From an uncultured Ignavibacteria bacterium (GTDB taxonomy: Bacteria; Zixibacteria; MSB-5A5; WJJR01; JAJRUJ01), in the NCBI GenBank assembly GCA_964461835.1, contig CAYWVO010000012.1, positions 2,478-66,477 of the forward strand: a DNA stretch of 64,000 nt. Direction: 5' to 3'. Both the position numbers and the translations under genes were made by a program. Below are positions 50,315 through 59,334 of the stretch, in pieces. Numbering within the stretch: position 1 is the stretch's first letter; every line of letters begins with the position of its first letter. Below the pieces are notes generated by a model. It was not told the DNA's origin and did no database searches. It was given only the letters and a program-made list of their open reading frames with translations.

Positions 50315-51532
50315 ATGACGAAGGGCTCGGTTCCAAGAGATAGATTATATAAAAAGTTGGGCATCCCGGAGCGACGCAACGACCCGACGCTACCGGATAA
50401 AAATTACTTCTACTTGCTCGGGATAAATGAGGATCAGGATGATCACGAGGTAGCCGCGCAGGTCGGGCAGGCCTATGCCAAGCGCATGCAGGACTTTAAA
50501 ACATACGGCCACATCGATCGCTCTGAAGCAGGACGACTCCAGAAGGAATGCACAAAGGCGAAGCGAGCGCTGAGCGATCCACAACTGCTGGACGCCCACC
50601 GTCAGATGGTGCGCCATCTCCGTCTGGACGATTTCGCGACGGAAGCAGAGCGGCTGCACCAGGGCGCGGTCACAGAAGAACACGCCGCCACGATTCTCAA
50701 ACAAAGCGCCGCTACCTACGGATTTCCTGCATCAGAAGTGGATCAGGTCGTGAAGGACCTTCTGGAAAGATTCGGGTCTTGGGCGGTGAGCCAGGAGGTG
50801 GTGTCCCATCCCCTGCCCCGCTGGCTATGGATCTCGCTGCCGGTAGTTTTCTTCGGGGCCTTGGTTTCGCACGGTCTACTGGCCTTCCTTTCTCTGACTG
50901 CACTGGCAATCGGTCTGTTGCAATCAATCAGGTTGCGCAGTGGCGGATATGCTGCCTGGGGATTCACGTCCTTCTTTTTTGGGCTTTTGTGCTTCATGGT
51001 GTTTGACTTCTCTGTGCCTCCGGCGTCAGTCAACGGCGGGCATAACGACGGGTTTTTCAATCCACAATCTGCTCCTGTCGGCGGAGCAAAAGGGACCGAG
51101 GCGGGCCCGCTATCTCTGGCTGCGGGGGACTATTCCGGATGGCAGATGGAGGGGTCCGCATTCGGCACCGCGCCGGTATCCGAGACAATCGAAGGTGACA
51201 TGATGCACTTTGCCGATTCCTTCAAACCGACCCAGAGCGACAACGCGACGGGGCGATTAACCTCCGGTTCGTTTGTCATCGAATATCGGCGGCTCCGCTT
51301 TCTGATTGCGGGCGGGAAATATCCCGGACGATGCTGTGTGAATCTTGTGGCCAACGGTGATGTCCAGCGAACCGCGACCGGAAGCGCCGACAGAGAACTG
51401 CGGGAAGTCGTCTGGGATCTCACTGATCTGATCGGGCAGACGGCACATATTGAAATCCTGGATATTGTAGGTTCTACAAATCCCTTCGCCCCCGGTTGGA
51501 TTCGGGCGGGAGAGTTTACGTTTCTCCAGTAG
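50315..51532 (+). CDS. membrane-anchored J-domain-like protein (HPD replaced by H-I-D) with two TM helices and a C-terminal jelly-roll/lectin-like domain
   Basis: NYFYLLGINEDQDDHEVAAQVGQAYAKRMQDFKTYGHIDRSEAGRLQKECTKAKRALSD aligns to the J-domain helices II-III. TM: WLWISLPVVFFGALVSHGLLAFLSL and FTSFFFGLLCFMVFDF. The C-terminus SGWQMEGSAFG...FVIEYRRLRFLIAGG...GWIRAGEFTF is beta-rich. Confidence 0.5.
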   Translation: MTKGSVPRDRLYKKLGIPERRNDPTLPDKNYFYLLGINEDQDDHEVAAQVGQAYAKRMQDFKTYGHIDRSEAGRLQKECTKAKRALSDPQLLDAHRQMVRHLRLDDFATEAERLHQGAVTEEHAATILKQSAATYGFPASEVDQVVKDLLERFGSWAVSQEVVSHPLPRWLWISLPVVFFGALVSHGLLAFLSLTALAIGLLQSIRLRSGGYAAWGFTSFFFGLLCFMVFDFSVPPASVNGGHNDGFFNPQSAPVGGAKGTEAGPLSLAAGDYSGWQMEGSAFGTAPVSETIEGDMMHFADSFKPTQSDNATGRLTSGSFVIEYRRLRFLIAGGKYPGRCCVNLVANGDVQRTATGSADRELREVVWDLTDLIGQTAHIEILDIVGSTNPFAPGWIRAGEFTFLQ

Positions 51533-51711
51533 ACCGAAGATCGTGGATCGTGTGTGGATGATTTGTACGGATGCGGGGATTTCGATACGTCACCAATGCG
51601 TTGACAGCTTAGCGCTCAAACTCAACTCCGTGTAGCTGTGCCGGCGCGGTCAAAGACGCACGCAAGGCAAATCCGTGGTTGCACCGCAACCAGATAACCG
51701 TTAGAGCAAAC

Positions 51712-51985
51712 CTACTTCAGCAGCAGCATCTTGCGGGAGTCCGTAAACTCTCCTGCTTGTAAACGATAGAAGTACACGCCGCTGGGATTTTCTGCTGCCT
51801 CCCAGACCGTGCTGTAATTGCCGGCCGGGAGTTGTCGGTCTAATACCGTCTCCACCAGTTGTCCCCGGACATTGAAGACCTCCAGCGTGACTCGCGATGC
51901 CTTCGCCAATCTGAAGTGAATCCGCGTTGAAGGGTTAAACGGATTGGGGGTATTCTGGCGCAGGGAGAACTCAATGGGGAGTGTA
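51712..51985 (-). other. T9SS type-A C-terminal sorting domain (Por_Secre_tail-like)
   Basis: The 'NPFNPST', 'L.V.N..G..V' and 'GVYFY.L' motifs read directly in the last ~90 aa of the ORF. Confidence 0.65.
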
Positions 51986-53682
51986 CCTTCCTCACTGATC
52001 ACACCAGTGATCTGATCGATGGTCACGTGGGCGGTCGCCTGTAAACTCCCGGAGGAATCCTCTGCCGACACCGTGAACTCGCCCAGCGTGGGGCCGGCCT
52101 CGTATATACCGTCTTCGCTAATAGTACCACCCGTGGCGCTCCACGTTGGGGTGAACGCCATTACCCCACCCACTTGATCGATTCCTTCAGCAAAAAACGC
52201 AACAATAGCTCCGGGATCGATGGTGACCGAATCAGGCACAACATGAATAGCGGCAAGAGTCGGTTGATACGCCATCACGAGTGTAACCGCGGTGTCCGCC
52301 CGGTTCGGATCGGACACCGATTCGCACGCGGCCGTTAGGCTCGAACCGGTCAGATCGCCGGCACCGGGTGGAATCGAAAGGACGACTTCGACCAGACCGG
52401 GATCGCTGCCGGTCAGTGCTACGGTAGCAGATGCGGGCGAACTCAGCCACCCTTGTGAATCAGAGAGGTCAATATCGACAGTGGCGGTGGATCCTGACCA
52501 GTCTCGCACGGCAACCATAATCGTATCAACCGTGCCAAGGGTGAAGAAGAGTGTGTCGGCGCCAAAGCTTGCCGTCAGAGCCGGCACCTCATCAAGCCAT
52601 TCACTCACCTGCACACCGCTGGAGATCGGATCGCCGCTGCCCGTACCTTCACCGGAAGGTTCGTCAATCGCACCCCACCAGTTGCCCTCAGCAGCAACAC
52701 TACCCGCACCCCCATTGGCGATACCGAAATCAGTGTTGCCCGAAACGATACTGCCCTCGACAACAAGCGGTCCATCGAGGTTCCACATGATGCCGGGCCC
52801 CGCATTATCGGTAATTGCCGCTCCACGGATCTCGGATTCGTCACCAATGGCGAAATCGAGCGTTTCAGACTGGGGAAAGGCGGCACTAATTCCCTGCGCG
52901 CTATCTTCCCGCGGTTTCCCCAGGAGACCACCCAGGCCATTCGTGCACAGCGTTACGGCGCCAAGCTCCAAAATGCCGCCTTCTTCATTTTCATAAAAAT
53001 AGTTACGTTCCGCCGGATCCGCGCCCCCGATCACGTTTGCCTTGCTGTAGTTCATATTCAAGCCCCACTTATTACCGTGGAACGTACACCCCTCCACGAC
53101 GCTCGTGTTACTATTGTTATGCAAAAGCGCCAGCGCGGAATTGGTGAAATTCCGGAACTCAATGTTGCGGATTTCATGGCCACCGCTCGAGAAGACTAAT
53201 CTGGAGACATTGGGCGTGCCGAGACCGTCCAGCACGACATTGGTCGACCCATCTATCTGGCCGTCGATAATCACGGGTGCGGAGATATTGGGAAAAAAGT
53301 TGGTCGTTTTGGAGATCACCGACGCCGACGCCGCGAAACGTATTTCCGTCAGCCCCCCTGAGTAGTTGGCATTCTCAATTGCCGCACGCAAGGTCGGGTG
53401 GAAGAAAATACCGTCATCCAGATTGGTATCGGGGAGATCACTGGGGTCAGTAATAACATAGGTATCCACGGGCGTACGGCCGTCCAAGTGCTCGGGCCGG
53501 CTCAGCATCGCCAGCGCTCGTTTGCTCACACTAGTGGTCGTTTTTGTTTTTTGCGGGGGTTCGGCCTCAGCCGAGGATGACGCACCTCCCAGTGAAGCAC
53601 AGATCATCAGTACTGCTATCGTCATAGGCTTAACGTGCGACCACACAACTGACCTCCAACCGTTTACCGTCGCCTGAATCAA
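51712..53682 (-). CDS. T9SS-sorted secreted protein: right-handed parallel beta-helix repeats plus Big_2 Ig-like domain plus C-terminal Por sorting domain
   Basis: Signal peptide present. Repeats: ...NNSNTSVVEGCTFHGNKWGLNM.... Big_2: VHVVPDSVTIDPGAIVAFFAEGIDQVGG. C-terminus: LRQNTPNPFNPSTRIHFRLAKASRVTLEVFNVRGQLV...GVYFYRLQAGEFTDSRKMLLLK. Confidence 0.7.
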   Translation of the reverse strand: MIQATVNGWRSVVWSHVKPMTIAVLMICASLGGASSSAEAEPPQKTKTTTSVSKRALAMLSRPEHLDGRTPVDTYVITDPSDLPDTNLDDGIFFHPTLRAAIENANYSGGLTEIRFAASASVISKTTNFFPNISAPVIIDGQIDGSTNVVLDGLGTPNVSRLVFSSGGHEIRNIEFRNFTNSALALLHNNSNTSVVEGCTFHGNKWGLNMNYSKANVIGGADPAERNYFYENEEGGILELGAVTLCTNGLGGLLGKPREDSAQGISAAFPQSETLDFAIGDESEIRGAAITDNAGPGIMWNLDGPLVVEGSIVSGNTDFGIANGGAGSVAAEGNWWGAIDEPSGEGTGSGDPISSGVQVSEWLDEVPALTASFGADTLFFTLGTVDTIMVAVRDWSGSTATVDIDLSDSQGWLSSPASATVALTGSDPGLVEVVLSIPPGAGDLTGSSLTAACESVSDPNRADTAVTLVMAYQPTLAAIHVVPDSVTIDPGAIVAFFAEGIDQVGGVMAFTPTWSATGGTISEDGIYEAGPTLGEFTVSAEDSSGSLQATAHVTIDQITGVISEEGTLPIEFSLRQNTPNPFNPSTRIHFRLAKASRVTLEVFNVRGQLVETVLDRQLPAGNYSTVWEAAENPSGVYFYRLQAGEFTDSRKMLLLK

Positions 53683-53849
53683 CCAGAGAGGCCGACAGAC
53701 ACCTGGAATGACGACAAACAGCGTCTCGTTCTTTGCTTAGTGTACGTCCCCCCGAGCGTTCCTATGAGTGAGGTTCTTGAGACCTGGGGCGGAGACGACG
53801 ATCGGAAGGATCAAATGTGGTTGCCGGAAACTGTGGTGCGCTTGCTCAA

Positions 53850-55829
53850 CTAAAATCCGAATTCTTCATTGCGACCATCGGACGCAGCAGGATCACTGCT
53901 CCCGGCGACAAGATGTCCACTTGGTTGAGAGTAGCGGCGAGATTGGTGGCACGTCCCGCATTCCGCCAGATGCGCGTGATCGGCGGTATCCTGCTTCTGC
54001 TGATGGCAGGGAATGCAGATGCGGTGCATCGCCACACCGAATGAGGAGGCATACATCAAATTGACCGTGCTGTCCGGCTGTCCGATCAACCACATATCCT
54101 CTTGGTGGCAGGAGTAACACGTGTGGGCGTTCTGCCCGGTCTTAGGTCCCGGCGCGGGATGGCATTCTCGACATGAATGATTTTCCGGATGCAAGCCGGA
54201 AACATCCGCTGTTTCCGCTACCGCTGCAATATGGAACGTGTGATCGAAAATTTTCGTGGGATAGGCCATGTGACGATGACAGCGCGAACACGGCGTGGAT
54301 CGGTCATGAGGCAGTGATACATGATGACAATGCGCGCAGGCGGTATCGCCCCCCAGCCGCCGTTGGTGGTCTTTGTGGGCGAAAATGGTGGCTACGCCGC
54401 CCCGATCACCGTCGATCAGCAAGGTATCCCGTTGGACATCCAACCCAAATGCCGGCTGAATTGGTGTTTCGCCATCATATGGATTTTGATAGCCGGGATA
54501 CAGTATCGCCCAACTGAATGGAACCGTGAAGACTGCAATCAACGTAACCCGGCGCAAACCATCGGTGAATACCGTGTGCCAGACATGGGAAATCTTGTCG
54601 AACGAGGGCACAAACATCCTGACCAAGCTACGTCGGTCGCGGGAAAACTCCGTCATAATCGGCAGGTTTTCCACCGCGAACATGAAGATCAACCCGGCGG
54701 CGGCCACCACGCCGACACATAATACCCACTCGATCAGGGACGGGAAATAAACTGTGCCCGCATCACGAAAATACCCAAAGATGCCCACCGACAGTCGGTT
54801 GAGCGCTAACCCGGAGGCCGCAGCAAACGAAGTCCAGCCAAGGCCACTCGGTGAACGACGAACGCGCGGAATGCTCATCAAAACGACCGGGAGGATTGCG
54901 GTGAGTCCCAATTCTGCCAGATAGAGCCAACTTTCCCACGTCCCGGCGATGAGTGTACCCCAAGCGCCGGTGCGGAACAGATCAAAAATCTTCAGGCCGA
55001 GATACACCCCCAGTACGCCCGCAGCAATGGAGGCCAGGGAGCTCAGCATCGGCATCTCTTTCCCTGGCACTCGCTTGGGCTTTCGCTCGGCATCTTGCGG
55101 GTTGATCACACAGGCAGTGCTCTCCGACACTGGACCGAACACGGAGACAGGATCGTACAGTCGCGCATACAAGATTTTAATCAGGATGATGGTCATCATC
55201 CCGGCGCCCATCGCAGAAATAATGAATAACAACGGCAGCAACGAAGTGTACCACAATGGATGCAACCGTTGCGGGGTAACCAGGAACAGCGAACCCAGCG
55301 AGGAATGGTGCAAGCCGGATAAAGAGATCCCAAAGACCACGATGCCAAAGGCAATTCCCTCCAGCCAGTGGAATATTTTACTGCTCCCCCACCGTTGGCC
55401 AACCGTGGGCACAATTTCCAGCATCGTAACCGTGAAATACAGCGCAACACACCAAAAGACTTCGAAGAGAAAGGAATTTTCATTCCACATCACAAAGGGA
55501 TGCCAGAACCGATGCGGTAGCCCGATATCAAACAGCAGCGCAAACAGCGAGGATCCATAGCCCAGGAACGCCACCAGGACCGCCATTCGGACCAGCGGCT
55601 TAAAACGTTTCAGTTGCAGAACATAGACGAGAATGCCCAACGTAAAGCCACCCGTGGAGAGCGCCACGCCGGCGACCATATTGAGGATTTTCCAAAGTCC
55701 CCACGGTACATCATCGCTGAGATTCGTGGTCGCGCCAAGCCCAAACCACAACCGGAAAATGGCGGCGAAGAGTCCCCAAAACACCAAAAACCAGAGGATA
55801 TCTTTGATTAATCGTCGTCTGCCTTCCAT
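53850..55829 (-). CDS. NrfD/PsrC/DsrP-like polytopic membrane subunit fused to a C-terminal hexaheme cytochrome c domain
   Basis: ~10 predicted TM helices over ~480 aa. Six CxxCH motifs then follow in ~150 aa: CAHCH, CSRCH, CRECH, CYSCH, CIPCH, CGTCH. Confidence 0.7.
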   Translation of the reverse strand: MEGRRRLIKDILWFLVFWGLFAAIFRLWFGLGATTNLSDDVPWGLWKILNMVAGVALSTGGFTLGILVYVLQLKRFKPLVRMAVLVAFLGYGSSLFALLFDIGLPHRFWHPFVMWNENSFLFEVFWCVALYFTVTMLEIVPTVGQRWGSSKIFHWLEGIAFGIVVFGISLSGLHHSSLGSLFLVTPQRLHPLWYTSLLPLLFIISAMGAGMMTIILIKILYARLYDPVSVFGPVSESTACVINPQDAERKPKRVPGKEMPMLSSLASIAAGVLGVYLGLKIFDLFRTGAWGTLIAGTWESWLYLAELGLTAILPVVLMSIPRVRRSPSGLGWTSFAAASGLALNRLSVGIFGYFRDAGTVYFPSLIEWVLCVGVVAAAGLIFMFAVENLPIMTEFSRDRRSLVRMFVPSFDKISHVWHTVFTDGLRRVTLIAVFTVPFSWAILYPGYQNPYDGETPIQPAFGLDVQRDTLLIDGDRGGVATIFAHKDHQRRLGGDTACAHCHHVSLPHDRSTPCSRCHRHMAYPTKIFDHTFHIAAVAETADVSGLHPENHSCRECHPAPGPKTGQNAHTCYSCHQEDMWLIGQPDSTVNLMYASSFGVAMHRICIPCHQQKQDTADHAHLAECGTCHQSRRYSQPSGHLVAGSSDPAASDGRNEEFGF

Positions 55830-56620
55830 TCCGCCGGATCCTTCTCTTTGTGCTCTTGCTGTGACCGATTAGTTGACTGTTTCTCCCGGTCGATGGTCAT
55901 GCGCCGTCGAATAATCCAGTTGACCCCCAACAGGCCGGCAGCCACGGTCAAGCCGATAAAGGGAGTTTTGTGTACGAGTGGCTCGGTAAGTGATGGAATC
56001 GGCGGTTGGTCTTGTTCCGGCCACCCCAAGGCACTCAGGTCAACGTCAGAAATATAAAGAACCGACGTACCGCCAAACTCATGTTCTCCCCAGATGTGCT
56101 GCTGATATGTATGTGGTTCGGTGCGCAGTCGACTCTTGGCTTGTTTGAGCAACGTGCGCCGATTGCCATACACCAGCGCCTGGTTAGGGCAGGTAGCCAC
56201 GCAGGCCGGCGGTAGATCGTCCTCCAGCCGTTCAAAGCACATAGCGCACTTCCTGACCAGCGGTGTAGTAGAACCCCATTCATACCGCGGAATATGAAAT
56301 GGGCAGGCCAGCATACAGTAGCGACAGCCAATGCATTTATCGGGATCATACACCACCGGTCCCTCCGGCGATTTGGTCATGCCCCCGACCAGGCACGCCG
56401 AGACGCAACTCGGCTCCAGGCAATGCATGCAGCTTTTGCGCGCAAATCGGCCGTCTGCAACCAGCACCAAGGAAAGAAATCGATTATCGGAAAGACCGTC
56501 CCGGGAAGTCAGGCGATCGAGATCGGCTTTGTCTTGATCCAGGTTGTTCGCCGTAATGCAGGCGGCGACGCATTTCTCACAACCGGTGCATTTGGTGACA
56601 TCGACCAGGATTGCTTGCAC
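55808..56620 (-). CDS. 4Fe-4S ferredoxin-type electron-transfer subunit (DsrO/HmcB/HybA/PsrB-like) with C-terminal TM anchor
   Basis: Four Cys clusters (CTGCEKCVAAC, CMHCLEPSCVSAC, CIGCRYCMLACP, CAMC...CVATCP). The C-terminal hydrophobic helix is FIGLTVAAGLLGVNWII. Confidence 0.75.
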   Translation of the reverse strand: MQAILVDVTKCTGCEKCVAACITANNLDQDKADLDRLTSRDGLSDNRFLSLVLVADGRFARKSCMHCLEPSCVSACLVGGMTKSPEGPVVYDPDKCIGCRYCMLACPFHIPRYEWGSTTPLVRKCAMCFERLEDDLPPACVATCPNQALVYGNRRTLLKQAKSRLRTEPHTYQQHIWGEHEFGGTSVLYISDVDLSALGWPEQDQPPIPSLTEPLVHKTPFIGLTVAAGLLGVNWIIRRRMTIDREKQSTNRSQQEHKEKDPAEWKADDD

Positions 56621-57318
56621 TAGACCCGTGCCTCCTTCCCGAACAACGCCTCGGCAACCTTATCGCCCGCGCCGGGTCGCAATTGCCAGTGAACCGCCGA
56701 AATGCGATCGAAGAAATACAATACGATGTGGGCCAGCTTCGTGAACGGAATCAACACGAACAGGACCTCGGCGCTTAACAGGTGGATCAAAAACATCGCG
56801 TTCCACGGCAACGGATTGGCCGACGGATGGGCTGCCAGGTACCCTGAGGCAAACGGCAGGAGCACCATAATCAGAAGAATGTAGTCGATCGGCCGGCTCA
56901 TGGCGCGAATCCGCCTGATGAACATCCGGTGCCCCACCAACACAATCAGGCAGCCGATGGTGCCCAACGTTAACCAGTCGGCCAGGTCCTGCCCGATAGC
57001 CGGCAGGTTGACCCCGAGGAATTCCTCCCACAAGACGATATGAGCCGCCAGAAAAATCGGTACGATCAGGATACCGATATGGAACAGGAACGACACCGTG
57101 GAAAAAACCCGCGTGCCGCGAATAAAATGCTTGAAGGGAACAGCCCACGTGACCGTTTCTTTAATAATGTCCCGCCAGGGAGCATTCCGCAGGCGTCGCC
57201 CTTTATGCACCAACAGGGTGTACATTTGAATTATGACGAGGCGCAACAGGCCCAAGAGCATAATCAAAAAGGTGATGGCAAAGAGTGGGCCTTTGGCGAA
57301 TTCAATCCATGTGTCCAC
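56620..57318 (-). CDS. NarI/DsrM/HdrE-like integral membrane b-type cytochrome
   Basis: 232 aa, 5-6 TM helices, conserved His in helices 2 and 5 (FHIGILIVPIFLAAH; FLIHLL). 1-nt stop/start overlap with the FeS gene. Confidence 0.65.
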   Translation of the reverse strand: MDTWIEFAKGPLFAITFLIMLLGLLRLVIIQMYTLLVHKGRRLRNAPWRDIIKETVTWAVPFKHFIRGTRVFSTVSFLFHIGILIVPIFLAAHIVLWEEFLGVNLPAIGQDLADWLTLGTIGCLIVLVGHRMFIRRIRAMSRPIDYILLIMVLLPFASGYLAAHPSANPLPWNAMFLIHLLSAEVLFVLIPFTKLAHIVLYFFDRISAVHWQLRPGAGDKVAEALFGKEARV

Positions 57319-57367
57319 AACCGTTCCCTCAGTCCGTGATCATCTGTTCGCGTCATTCCGGTCCCGT

Positions 57368-58807
57368 TTACATTTCGAGTAACGCGGCCTCTTCCTTGCG
57401 TTCGTCAGCGGATTTTGCGCCGGGAATTTCAATCGCCCGCAATATGAGGTCATGTAAACCCATGACCTTGCACGGCAACTTGTAGTACTCCACCAGCTCT
57501 TTTAACTGTTTTTTGCAATTGGCGCAGGGCGAGATAATGATATCGGCCCCAGTCTCGCGAATCTGGTCCGCCTTGACCTTGCCCCCGACCCCCATGCGGA
57601 ATTCGTGAATCTCATCCACGGAGACCAGGCCGCCACCGCCACCACAGCAATAGTTGTCCCGCCCGTGAGGTTCCATCTCAGCAAAGTCCTTCACAAAAGA
57701 TTTGAGAATGCGCCGGGGCTGTTCGATGATCCAACCGGAGCGGGCAATATTGCAGGGATCGTGATACGTCACCCGCTCGGTGACGATATTCGGATTCAGG
57801 GTAATTTTCCCCTTTTCGAGACAGTCCAGAGTGTATTCCATAAAATTCAGCACCGGCCGGGAGTTCTGACCGCCGAAGACCGGCACGAAATCATGCGCCG
57901 AGCGGGAGGCATGCCCGCACTCGCCGATCAGCAACGTGTTCCCGCGAAGTCGTTCCGCCTCGCCGACCAATTGCTGAATGATCTTTTCCAGGTGCCAGTC
58001 GCTGTAAAAGAGGCCATAATTGATACCGTCATAGTTGCAGGTGCCGATGGTCCAGCGGTCCCAGTCCCCCGCCGCATACAGGACAATGGCATTCCCCATG
58101 AGCGTTTCCGGTTCGAGCAGGTAATCGCTGACGGCGCAGAAGAAGACATATTCCCGATCGTATTGATCGACGGGAAACGTCAGCCTGAGGCCAAAAGAAT
58201 CTTCGAGTTCATCGGCCAGGAATTCCAACGTATCCAGCAGCGCCGCGACCGGAACCTGTGACGTATTATGAGTTTCCCCTTCCAGTTGTTCCCGTGTGCT
58301 GACCTGGAGCGCTTTCGGCACAATATTCAGCATGCTGAGGATGTAGCGTCCCAGCCGGGTCATCAAACCATGATCGACGCCCATCGGACATTCCCGAGTG
58401 CAACGACGGCACGCAGTACACCGGTAAAACAGGTCCAGCATTTCATCGATCATCGGCTCGGTCAGCTCAAAATCATTTCCGAACCGCGCGCGCAGCCAGC
58501 CGCCGAGCGTGAAGTACCGCTTGTATACATTTAACAGGAGATCTGTTCGGTAGCAGGGGATGTCTCGCGGATCCCCGGTCGCCAGAAACACCGGACACGT
58601 CACCGAACACCGATTGCATTTGGCGTTCGAGGTGCAATATGAGTCGAGCAACGCCCGGTAATCGCTGTACTCCAAAATCGCGGCGAAGGCCTGTAAAAAG
58701 CGATCGACACGATTTTCGGTGACCGGGTTTTCAATATAGTAGGGATACTGACGGGGTTGTTCCGTCGCAGTTTGTTCGGTTGCGGTAGCTGAGGTTGCTG
58801 CTTTCAT
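57368..58807 (-). CDS. HdrD/DsrK-like iron-sulfur protein with two CCG domains
   Basis: N-terminal ferredoxin-like Cys motifs (CNRCSVTCP; CTACRRCTRECP). C-terminal CCG motifs (HDPCNIARSG...NYCCGGGGG...ISPCANC). Start moved to MKAATSA, which has a GGAG RBS. Confidence 0.7.
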   Translation of the reverse strand: MKAATSATATEQTATEQPRQYPYYIENPVTENRVDRFLQAFAAILEYSDYRALLDSYCTSNAKCNRCSVTCPVFLATGDPRDIPCYRTDLLLNVYKRYFTLGGWLRARFGNDFELTEPMIDEMLDLFYRCTACRRCTRECPMGVDHGLMTRLGRYILSMLNIVPKALQVSTREQLEGETHNTSQVPVAALLDTLEFLADELEDSFGLRLTFPVDQYDREYVFFCAVSDYLLEPETLMGNAIVLYAAGDWDRWTIGTCNYDGINYGLFYSDWHLEKIIQQLVGEAERLRGNTLLIGECGHASRSAHDFVPVFGGQNSRPVLNFMEYTLDCLEKGKITLNPNIVTERVTYHDPCNIARSGWIIEQPRRILKSFVKDFAEMEPHGRDNYCCGGGGGLVSVDEIHEFRMGVGGKVKADQIRETGADIIISPCANCKKQLKELVEYYKLPCKVMGLHDLILRAIEIPGAKSADERKEEAALLEM

Positions 58808-59289
58808 CTGCTTTCTCCATGCCCGATTTTTAGTCCGGTTTTTCGAAGTGGCAAAGACTGTACCGAACCGCAATTGCAATTGGCAAAACTGGCTGCCCGG
58901 TAATGCAGGATGGATCCTGGGAAGAGAAGATCGTCAAATCCTTTACTTATTATAGACAATGTGACACTTGATGTGAATGTTACCGGGAATAGTTATGACA
59001 TGACTGTTTTGGAGATGACACACTGGTCGTTACCACCGGGCAATGATTGTTGCAGGTGTTGCAACGAAATGTCGCATCGCAACATCGCATGCAATAGGTT
59101 GTACTACATGCGACGCCAATGCTGCGACGCCGCTAGTTAATGTTATGAGCACGGGGTCGCTGAATAACTAGCCGGTGGAACAATACATTCTTCGCATGCG
59201 AAATCGCGCGGGTTGGCTATACCGTGAAACCCGATATTATCTGCCAACTTGTCAATCAGTTGTGTCTGGCCGGTGCTTTGCGCACCGGT

Positions 59290-59304
59290 TGGCACAACGA
59301 TTGC
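59290..59304 (+). promoter_or_regulatory. sigma-54 (-24/-12) promoter TGGCAC-N5-TTGC
   Basis: ttGGcacaacgatTGCc read directly, with exact GG...GC spacing. It lies ~30 nt upstream of the AGGAGG/ATG (59335) of the NifX-like gene, and a sigma54 activator is encoded 1.7 kb downstream. Confidence 0.55.
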
Positions 59305-59334
59305 CAATTCATACGACAGAACAAGGAGGATGCC

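Noticed and set aside
51676-51692. Hairpin GGTTGC-ACC-GCAACC between the convergent J-like and T9SS-cargo genes
   Set aside because: A 6-bp stem without a flanking T-run is too weak to call an intrinsic terminator with confidence.
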